A stretch of 64,000 nt of DNA from Nitrospiraceae bacterium (GTDB lineage Bacteria; Nitrospirota; Thermodesulfovibrionia; UBA6902): the NCBI GenBank assembly GCA_003599275.1, contig QZJG01000074.1, positions 5,352 to 69,351 on the forward strand. Reading direction: 5' to 3'. This document shows positions 24,983 to 32,514 of this stretch, piece by piece. Each line of letters starts with the position of its first letter. Positions within the stretch are counted from its first letter, which is position 1. Below the pieces are notes generated by a model. It saw nothing but the letters and a program-made list of their open reading frames with translations. It was not told the DNA's origin and ran no database searches. The translations under genes and the position numbers were made by a program.

Positions 24983-25006
24983 AGGGGCGAACAGCCGTTC
25001 GCCCTC
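24983..25006. repeat. REP-like hairpin GGGGCGAAC-agcc-GTTCGCCC
   Basis: Read directly. It belongs to the same motif family as 23111-23138. Confidence 0.55.
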
Positions 25007-25018
25007 CTATTGCGTTAA

Positions 25019-25762
25019 ATGTTACAATGCTTCATGACTCACGAAAAATCAACATTTGCGACCGTGGAGATTCCTCCCTATCTTGTGAACAAACATTATG
25101 ACGACCGCTATTTCGATGTGGTCAATGCACTTGAAGAAGCGAAGCACATCTTTTTTCAGGGCACGGGAATCATGGATGTCCTTTCTGCCGCAGGCCCGGG
25201 GCGAAAAGAGTTCATTATAGGTGAAACCGGCTTCGGCGCAGGCCGTCTGCTCATCGCCCTCATGGATTTTCTGGACAATTGCGGCATCACTGATATCGCT
25301 GTCACCTACAATTCCGTTGAGCTGCATCCGGTCACTTCCGAACGGATGGCTTCCATTCTCAGTGGATTCAGGACAGAGGCCGGTCCGCTCATTGACCTGC
25401 TTGTCCAGGCCTACAGCCGCGTTGAAATTTCAAGACCTGGGTGGCATAAGATACACCTCACCCGGCCTTTCGGCATCGTGACCCTGGACCTCTGGATCGG
25501 CGAGGCGCTTGAAATGGTCCATGCACTCACAACTCCCTGTGACGCATGGTTTCTGGATGGTCATGGCCCAAAGAAAAACCCCGCCATGTGGCGGTATGAG
25601 CTTCTTATGGCAATCGGAGAAAAAACAGTGCCCGGCGGGACCGTTGCCACATTTACAGTTGCCGGAGAAGTTCGACGCGGACTTACTGATGCCGGGTTTA
25701 CTGTTGAACAGCGACCTGGGTTTGGCGGGAAGAAAGCGGTGCTTAAGGGGATGAAGTTGTAG
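25019..25762 (+). CDS. stand-alone MnmC-type SAM-dependent tRNA (mnm5s2U34) methyltransferase domain (DUF752)
   Basis: GETGFGAGRLLIAL ... DAWFLDGHGPKKNPAMW ... TFTVAGEVRRGLTDAGF. These are the hallmarks of the MnmC methyltransferase half. No DAO oxidase half is present. Confidence 0.8.
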   Translation: MLQCFMTHEKSTFATVEIPPYLVNKHYDDRYFDVVNALEEAKHIFFQGTGIMDVLSAAGPGRKEFIIGETGFGAGRLLIALMDFLDNCGITDIAVTYNSVELHPVTSERMASILSGFRTEAGPLIDLLVQAYSRVEISRPGWHKIHLTRPFGIVTLDLWIGEALEMVHALTTPCDAWFLDGHGPKKNPAMWRYELLMAIGEKTVPGGTVATFTVAGEVRRGLTDAGFTVEQRPGFGGKKAVLKGMKL

Positions 25763-25991
25763 GTGCGGGTATTGCAGACAAAAAGGGTCCCTATTTATTC
25801 CTCTGTGTATCTGTAAAGAGAGTAGACCTGACCCTGCTCGCTGTGTAATTTCAGACGAGCTCGTGCTCCATTTGTTAAGCAATTATTTGAACGGGTTATA
25901 TCAGTTCTATTTTAATAAAAAAGACTGTTTCTGCTATACTCTTTTTGTTGCTTAATAATAATATGGATTGACATAGAGTGAATCAATAACG

Positions 25992-27290
25992 ATGGCAAAA
26001 ACAACAAAACGCAAACCACGCAGACAAGCCCCTGCTCATGCAAGCAGTATGATTCACGAAGACCAGATAAATTACATTGCCGCAACGCCAAGAAAACAGC
26101 GTGTTTCAACCGTAGCTGCGTCCAGGAAATATGCGGTCGCGTTTGTCAGCGGTGCCAAAAGCATTGCTAAGGGCTGGTTGAAAACATTCAATTTGGAAAA
26201 CGCTGTTGGTTTCGGACTGCCGGAAATCGATGACCGCTATCATATTTGGCGCGTTCCCTTAGTGAAGTCGGGAACAAAAGAAAGAATCGGCGAAGTTGTC
26301 ATTGATGCATATACTTCACTGGTTTCCGTCAATGAAACTACCGCACCAGAAGTTATAGAAGCCCGATTGCTTGGCCGGAACCCGGCAGAGAAACTTACAC
26401 AGCGCGCAAACGGCAATTCTACGCAAAGCCTGATTTCATTTATTCGTAACACCATAATTTTCGGCGATAGTGAACAGGCGTTATTGGATATGCCATCTCA
26501 ATCGGTGGATTTAGTATTCACCTCGCCGCCCTATTACAACGCACGTCCGGAATATGAAGACTACCTTTCTTACGAAAGCTATTTACTCAAAATGCGCCGA
26601 ATTATCCACAATTGCCACCGAGTTTTAGGCGAGGGTCGTTTCTTTGTTATGAATATCTCTCCTGTTTTGATCCGGAGAGCAAGTCGCAACGAAGCATCCA
26701 AGCGAATAGCAGTACCTTTCGACATGCATAAAATCTTCATTGAAGAAGGTTTCGATTTTATTGACGACATTCATTGGGTTAAGCCAGAAGGTGCGGGCTG
26801 GGCTACCGGACGCGGACGCCGTTTTGCCGCAGACCGCCAACCACTTCAATATAAAGCGGTTCCCGTTACAGAATATGTTTTGGTCTACCGTAAACACACG
26901 GACAAATTGATCGATTGGAACATTCGAAATCATCCAGATCAACGAGCAGTAAAGGAGTCGAAGATCACTGGGGAATACGATACAACTAATCTGTGGCGTA
27001 TCCATCCAGCGTTTCATTCAGAACATCCGGCGGTTTTTCCAATAGAACTGGCTAAAAGAGTCATCAAGTACTACTCTTTCAAGAACGATGTTGTGTTAGA
27101 CCCGTTCGCAGGGACGGGAACCGTTGGACGTGCTGCCGCAAGCCTGGATCGTCGGTTTGTGCTAATAGAAAATGAACCTAAATATATTAAAATCATTTGC
27201 ACAGAGATGCCGGATTGGTTGGGTGCTGCTACGAAGGATGTTCTTTTCATCGGCTGTCAAGCGCCAGACACCGCATCTATTTTACTATAA
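25992..27290 (+). CDS. beta-class N4-cytosine/N6-adenine DNA methyltransferase with a ~150-aa N-terminal extension
   Basis: Motif IV SPPY (nt 26523-26534) comes before motif I DPFAGTGT (about nt 27100), which is the beta-class order. SPPY favours m4C. Confidence 0.9.
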   Translation: MAKTTKRKPRRQAPAHASSMIHEDQINYIAATPRKQRVSTVAASRKYAVAFVSGAKSIAKGWLKTFNLENAVGFGLPEIDDRYHIWRVPLVKSGTKERIGEVVIDAYTSLVSVNETTAPEVIEARLLGRNPAEKLTQRANGNSTQSLISFIRNTIIFGDSEQALLDMPSQSVDLVFTSPPYYNARPEYEDYLSYESYLLKMRRIIHNCHRVLGEGRFFVMNISPVLIRRASRNEASKRIAVPFDMHKIFIEEGFDFIDDIHWVKPEGAGWATGRGRRFAADRQPLQYKAVPVTEYVLVYRKHTDKLIDWNIRNHPDQRAVKESKITGEYDTTNLWRIHPAFHSEHPAVFPIELAKRVIKYYSFKNDVVLDPFAGTGTVGRAAASLDRRFVLIENEPKYIKIICTEMPDWLGAATKDVLFIGCQAPDTASILL

Positions 27291-28417
27291 TGAAATCTAC
27301 CTCCATTAATTTGTCCGATTTGCTGCCAAAAAACTTTGACGCTTTGCTCGAATGCAAAGGGGTAACTTTCATCAAGCGGGCGGGCGAAGACAGTGTTCGG
27401 CAAGTTGTTATTGATGTCCTTTGCGGAAACAACCTTCGCGCGTCCACAGAACATTTGACTCGCCTGCGGCTGGGGAAACTAAATGCTGCCACATTTATGG
27501 TCTATTTGTTGGGAGTACACGCAGTTAAAGAATTTGGACGCACAATTCCTCTAATGGCCTTTAAAACTATCACTGGACGAGCCTCTAAATCAGAAAAGGA
27601 ACTCTGTCAATGGATGATCGGGCTGACGAAAAAAGGCGTCCAAAACATTTTGCGCGATGACAAAAAGCAACTTGAGAAATATACAGAATCTTTTGCCGCC
27701 AATTTGAAGGTGCTCGCCACAGAGACCGAGAAGGAATCAGGCAAATTACAATGCTGCGTCAAATATGCCAATGGCAAGGAGTCAGTTCTGGATTGGCACG
27801 ATATGTTGAGTTTGTTCTGCACAATTGGCAGCCAAACTCTGGCTATTCGCGGCTCAGAAAAGAGCACTTATGGGAAACTTTTCGAAAGACTCGTCTTGGG
27901 CAGTGTGCTGGTAGCATTGGGATTTGAGCAAACCATATATCCGCCAAAGAAAACTTCAAAGGTGTTCTGGCTCTCAAGTAAAATCGGTGAGCGTGAAGCC
28001 GATGCAACTTTGTTAGTCGCTCCAGGACAGGCAGTTCGTTTTGATCTGGGCTTTATTGGTCGCGGGAACCCAGAAATTACGAAAGACAAGGTCTCACGTT
28101 TTGAACGTAATCTGGAAATCAACAAGCAAACATATCACTCTGCTACGTGCATTATTGTTGACCGAGTAGGTGACGGATCGGGATTAGAGGAACAGGCCAA
28201 ACGTGCCGGAGCGCGAGTGATCCAAATGAGTATGAGCTACTGGCCTATAGAACTGGCGAAATGGCTTTCAACCAAGTTCGAACATGAATCTGATATTGCT
28301 AATTGCAATGCGACGAAATTGCCTGCCCTTTTGAAGAAAAAACTTGCTGCTGTGTCGTTCGAGAATTTTGTCCGAGGGCTCACTATCTGCGAGGCGGGAA
28401 ACGACTTGGATACTTAA
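27290..28417 (+). CDS. putative type II restriction endonuclease partner of the methyltransferase
   Basis: The start overlaps the methyltransferase stop (TAATG). The protein is about 375 aa with no recognised enzymatic domain. It has candidate acidic/Lys motifs (GKLFERLV, EREADATL, DLGFIG...EITKDK). The assignment is positional. Confidence 0.5.
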   Translation: MKSTSINLSDLLPKNFDALLECKGVTFIKRAGEDSVRQVVIDVLCGNNLRASTEHLTRLRLGKLNAATFMVYLLGVHAVKEFGRTIPLMAFKTITGRASKSEKELCQWMIGLTKKGVQNILRDDKKQLEKYTESFAANLKVLATETEKESGKLQCCVKYANGKESVLDWHDMLSLFCTIGSQTLAIRGSEKSTYGKLFERLVLGSVLVALGFEQTIYPPKKTSKVFWLSSKIGEREADATLLVAPGQAVRFDLGFIGRGNPEITKDKVSRFERNLEINKQTYHSATCIIVDRVGDGSGLEEQAKRAGARVIQMSMSYWPIELAKWLSTKFEHESDIANCNATKLPALLKKKLAAVSFENFVRGLTICEAGNDLDT

Positions 28418-28494
28418 GATATGGATACTTAGCTCTGTCCTAAACTTTTCATCTTACCTCAATTACCGCCGGGCGTTTTTTTGTCGTGGTTTGA

Positions 28495-30366
28495 TTACTG
28501 AAGGACAGTCAGCAGACCTTCCAGCTCTTCCTCAAACTCTTTTGTCCTGCCTTCAACCTCCGCGCGCAGCAGGTCAAGCTTTGAAAAAAGGGAGTCGAGT
28601 CCGGCCTTTGAATCGTGGAGCTTTTTTGTGAGTATTTTAATGGCTTGCCCGTCATTCTTAAGGTAGGCCTCTATAATTTCCCGGTTGTCCCGCTCGATCA
28701 TTTCTTCCAGCTTAACAATTTCTTTTTCCGCTTCATCAATGCTCTTTTGCAGGGCGCCCATTGTTTTTGATTTTTTATTCAGCAGCTCCGCCCGTTCTCG
28801 CCTGAGCTGTTTTTTATTGATGGAATTGTTCCGGGACTTCGGTTTTTTGAGGCGGGACACACCGGAATCATTTTCACTCTTCCAGCCGACACGGTCAAGG
28901 AAGTCCTGATACGTTCCTTCGAATAAAGTCACTTTCCCATCATCAAAGACAATCAGGCGCGTGGCCAGCGCGTGAAGCATCATTTCACTGTGAGTCACTA
29001 TAATTACAGAGCCGTTGAACTCAGCCAGGGCCTCAACCAGGGAATCATTGGATTCCATATCAAGATGGTTTGTCGGCTCATCCAACACGAGCATGTTGGA
29101 GGGGCTGACGAGCAGCTTGCCAAGCAGCACACGGCTCTTTTCGCCTCCGGAAAGGACACTGATCTTTTTTAACGCATTGTCCCCGGGAAACATCATAATG
29201 CCGCAAATTTTGCGGGCCGCGCCCCGGCTGCCGTCGGGATGCACGTCTATAATTTCTTCTTCAACGGTTTTGTGCAGGCTGAGGCGGTTTATATTGGTCT
29301 GGCCGAAATAGGCCATCTGCAGCTGATCATGATGACTGACATCGCCGGTTTTGGTTTTCAGCTCTTTTGCAAGCAGATTCAGCAGTGTTGTTTTTCCCTT
29401 GCCGTTTTTGCCGATAATGGCTATGCGGTCCTTCTTTCCCACTGAAAAGCTCAAACCGTCAATCAGGGGAGGACCGTCACTGTCAAATGAAAAAGATATG
29501 TCCCTTACCTCCATCAGCATTTTCCCTGTAAAAGACGCTGACCTGAACGCAAAGTCAAGATTCCTTATCTCCGTCAATTTTTCAAGGCTCCCTTTTCTCT
29601 GCAGGGCCTTTACCCGTGACTGAACGGCCCTGGCCTTGCTTGCCTTTGCCCTGAACCTGTTTATGAATTCCTCTGTTTCCCTGCGCTTCTTGTCATCATT
29701 CACCCTGGTCTTCTCGTGTATCTCTTCCTCCATCAGCAGCTGCTGATATACCTTGTCGGTCGGTCCGGCCTCTTTCCGCATCTTGCACCGGTGGATGGCC
29801 ATCGTGTGCGTAGTCACGCCGTCCATGAAATCACGGTCATGGGTAATAATTATGAGCTCCTTCTTCCAGTTGCGCAAAAACTGTGTAAGCCAGCGAAGCG
29901 AGATAATATCAAGGTAGTTGGTAGGCTCGTCGAGCAGGAGAAGATTGGGGTCGGAGACGAGCGCCTTTGCAAGATTTAAACGGACCTGGTATCCCCCTGA
30001 TAAATCCAGTGGATTGAGACTGAAATCTTCCAGGGTAAAACCGAGTCCCGTAAGAATGATTTCCGCCTTATATGTCTCATCGATGCCGTCCTCGTTGTCC
30101 CGGAGACTCAGGCACGCCTCCTTCAGCACAGTGTCTTCAGAGAAGCTGATATGCTGTGACAGATGACCTATCATATATCCGTTTGGAATGCTGATACATC
30201 CTGAATCAGGGTGTTCCTGCCCTAATATCATTTTAAAGAGAGTGGTTTTGCCGTGCCCGTTTCTGCCGACAAGGCCTACGCGTTCACCCGGATTAAGGGT
30301 AAAACCGGCCTTCTCAAAAATGACCTGACGACCATAACATTTATCCAGGTTATTTACCTGTATCAT
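28495..30366 (-). CDS. ABC-F family ATPase (two ABC cassettes, C-terminal coiled coil)
   Basis: The start is MIQVNNLDKCYG at 30366. Cassette 1 has GRNGHGKTT/LSGGYQ and cassette 2 has GKNGKGKTT/LSGGEK. The 119-codon upstream extension in the ORF track has no support. Confidence 0.95.
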   Translation of the reverse strand: MIQVNNLDKCYGRQVIFEKAGFTLNPGERVGLVGRNGHGKTTLFKMILGQEHPDSGCISIPNGYMIGHLSQHISFSEDTVLKEACLSLRDNEDGIDETYKAEIILTGLGFTLEDFSLNPLDLSGGYQVRLNLAKALVSDPNLLLLDEPTNYLDIISLRWLTQFLRNWKKELIIITHDRDFMDGVTTHTMAIHRCKMRKEAGPTDKVYQQLLMEEEIHEKTRVNDDKKRRETEEFINRFRAKASKARAVQSRVKALQRKGSLEKLTEIRNLDFAFRSASFTGKMLMEVRDISFSFDSDGPPLIDGLSFSVGKKDRIAIIGKNGKGKTTLLNLLAKELKTKTGDVSHHDQLQMAYFGQTNINRLSLHKTVEEEIIDVHPDGSRGAARKICGIMMFPGDNALKKISVLSGGEKSRVLLGKLLVSPSNMLVLDEPTNHLDMESNDSLVEALAEFNGSVIIVTHSEMMLHALATRLIVFDDGKVTLFEGTYQDFLDRVGWKSENDSGVSRLKKPKSRNNSINKKQLRRERAELLNKKSKTMGALQKSIDEAEKEIVKLEEMIERDNREIIEAYLKNDGQAIKILTKKLHDSKAGLDSLFSKLDLLRAEVEGRTKEFEEELEGLLTVLQ

Positions 30367-30570
30367 AATTATCCCTTCTTTGTTCCGGAACAAATTGCTA
30401 TCGGTTTTAAACAGCCCAGGCGGTTGAAACAGGTGGAACGGACCTTTTACTTTTCGCTCTTCCGGACATTCGCGGTTTAATTCAGGCAGCGGATTACTAT
30501 ACCTTAAATCTGATAAAAAAAGGAAATACGCGGAGCCGTGCCCATCCCGATTTTTATCTGAACACAAGTC

Positions 30571-30601
30571 TTGAAACTTTTTGAAATAAAACGGGTATAA
30601 T
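30571..30601 (+). promoter_or_regulatory. sigma-70 promoter candidate for the SWIB gene
   Basis: TTGAAA, a 19-nt spacer, then a perfect TATAAT (30596-30601). The spacer is longer than optimal. Confidence 0.3.
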
Positions 30602-30653
30602 ATCTGACCCCGGAAGGTAATTCCATTTAAATCTAATATGAAGGAGTTAAAAA

Positions 30654-30980
30654 ATGGCAGAAGCAAAAGGACTGAACAAACCGGTAAAGCTGAAAAAAGA
30701 TCTTGCGGAGTTTCTTGGAGCAACGGAACTTCCCAGGACGGAGATCACCAAAAAACTGTGGGACTATATTAAAGCGAATAAACTTCAGACTAAGACCGAA
30801 AACGGAAAGCCCGAGAACGCAGGCAAGTTTATTGTGGCAGACGCTAAACTGCTCCCGATCTTCAGAAACACAAAATCCACAAGCAAATCAGGCGCGCTCA
30901 CTGACCTTACAAATCTGAATGAAGGCCAAACGATCAACATGATGCAGATGGCCGCTGTTGTTGCTGCAAACATAGAATAA
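30654..30980 (+). CDS. SWIB/MDM2-domain protein
   Basis: AAGGAG RBS. LAEFLGATELPRTEITKKLWDYIKANKLQ is a typical SWIB core. Confidence 0.85.
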   Translation: MAEAKGLNKPVKLKKDLAEFLGATELPRTEITKKLWDYIKANKLQTKTENGKPENAGKFIVADAKLLPIFRNTKSTSKSGALTDLTNLNEGQTINMMQMAAVVAANIE

Positions 30981-30994
30981 TAGAATAAGCCGAT

Positions 30995-31033
30995 AGCGCC
31001 GGGCCTGCACATGAATAACGCAGGCCCGGCGCT
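30995..31033 (+). terminator. 14-bp perfect GC-rich hairpin after the SWIB gene (no T-tract)
   Basis: AGCGCCGGGCCTGC (30995-31008) pairs with GCAGGCCCGGCGCT (31020-31033). Confidence 0.4.
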
Positions 31034-31060
31034 GCTTGCAGTTCAGACCGGAGAATTATT

Positions 31061-31531
31061 ATGACCAATAATGATATCCTGCGCCGTGTCCGCTACGCCT
31101 TCGACTTTAACGATTCGAAGATGATCGCGTTGTTCGGCCTGGCTGATCATCAGGTAACGCGGGAGCAGATCAGCAATTGGTTAAAAAAAGATGATGACCC
31201 CTCGTATCAGGAATGCAGCGACTCTGAGATGGCGATCTTCCTGAATGGTTTAATTATCGACAGACGAGGCAAAAAAGAAGGGCCGCAACCCGGGCCGGAG
31301 CAGCGTTTGACCAATAATATCATTTTCAAAAAATTAAGGATCGCATTAAACCTGAAGGCCGAAGACATATTGGAAATTCTGGGCCTTGCCGGCATGCGCA
31401 TCAGTGAACACGAATTGAGCGCGTTTTTCCGCAGGCCGGACCATAAACACTACCGTGAATGTAAAGACCAGGTCCTGCGCAATTTCCTGAAAGGTGTACA
31501 GCTTAAATATCGCCCTGATACGGCGATGTGA
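31061..31531 (+). CDS. DUF1456 (YehS-like) protein
   Basis: The N-terminus is MTNNDILRRVRYAFDFND and the protein has a duplicated-domain layout. Confidence 0.75.
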   Translation: MTNNDILRRVRYAFDFNDSKMIALFGLADHQVTREQISNWLKKDDDPSYQECSDSEMAIFLNGLIIDRRGKKEGPQPGPEQRLTNNIIFKKLRIALNLKAEDILEILGLAGMRISEHELSAFFRRPDHKHYRECKDQVLRNFLKGVQLKYRPDTAM

Positions 31532-31558
31532 TGCATTTTCTTTTCAACGCGTAAAAAT

Positions 31559-31945
31559 ATGTCCGCAGGAGACAATAAAATGAATCCACACGCAATCCCC
31601 GATGAGGTAATATTTAATCTTTGCACAACGGTCCTTCCCGGTTTCCGTAAGATCATGAAGAACCTTGAAGGAGTTGATCACGAGCTGTCTTCCCATGCTT
31701 TTGCCCTGCACCTTATGGAATTAGGGAGAGAGCAGATGTCCGAGGTTGCCGACCCGAGCGAGAAGGACGTTGAGCTGATGACCGGATATATAGAGTCACT
31801 GGATTATGATAATGCGGAGAAGGCTTTTTTCACCGCATTTGCCGGCGGCTGCGTACTGGGGCTGGTAATCATAAATGAACTGGCCCGGGAGGATTTCAGC
31901 AGGGCGCTCCGCCTGATAGAGGATTTTACCCGGAAGGAGTTTTAG
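31559..31945 (+). CDS. hypothetical protein
   Basis: ORF only. The start is uncertain (31559 or 31580). Confidence 0.45.
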   Translation: MSAGDNKMNPHAIPDEVIFNLCTTVLPGFRKIMKNLEGVDHELSSHAFALHLMELGREQMSEVADPSEKDVELMTGYIESLDYDNAEKAFFTAFAGGCVLGLVIINELAREDFSRALRLIEDFTRKEF

Positions 31946-32039
31946 CGGGGCCACTTCTGATATCTGCATCTATGTGCTCTGGTTTTTTGTATTGTTGTCT
32001 TTACCTGTGAAATCTGTGGATATCCCTGTCGTTTTTAGG

Positions 32040-32441
32040 TTAGTGGAACTTTTCCCTGCTTTTCCGGGTTGTTTTCTTTGGAGAAGCTTTTCTCTCTTTA
32101 GCTACAGCAGGTTTGGCGGGCCTGACTTTTTCCGACCTTATGGCAATGTCCTCTTTAGTACCAAGCGCCGGGCCTTGTACCTCTATCTCTTCGACTGCGG
32201 TTGCATAATTTTCCTTGTCCCGCCCGGCAAACCTCGGCATTGTTCCTTCAACCTCTTCAAGGATCTCCTTTTCCGCAATCATCGGTTCTTCTCCTTCGGG
32301 CTCCTCTATGTCCTGACTGGCATGTCTTGTAAGCACTATCCTCTCAGCATCAATCCAGTTCTCAAAATCTCTGCCGCCGATGCCTCCACTTTTTTTATAG
32401 AGTTCATGAGCCACCTTTGCTATTTCTTCATGCAGGTCCAT
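32040..32441 (-). CDS. DUF2934-domain protein with an acidic/basic low-complexity tail
   Basis: The N-terminus is IAKVAHELYKKSGGIGGRDFENWIDAERIV. Confidence 0.7.
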   Translation of the reverse strand: MDLHEEIAKVAHELYKKSGGIGGRDFENWIDAERIVLTRHASQDIEEPEGEEPMIAEKEILEEVEGTMPRFAGRDKENYATAVEEIEVQGPALGTKEDIAIRSEKVRPAKPAVAKERKASPKKTTRKSREKFH

Positions 32442-32514
32442 TTATTACCTCCCGTATATTACTTTATAAAACTATATCACGTCTGTAATACAATTCAACT
32501 CCGATATGAAACAG

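Noticed and set aside
28495-30723. The full 742-aa version of the ABC-F ORF.
   Set aside because: The first 119 codons have no similarity to ABC-F N-termini. The canonical MIQVNNL start at 30366 has an RBS, so the extension is just open frame.
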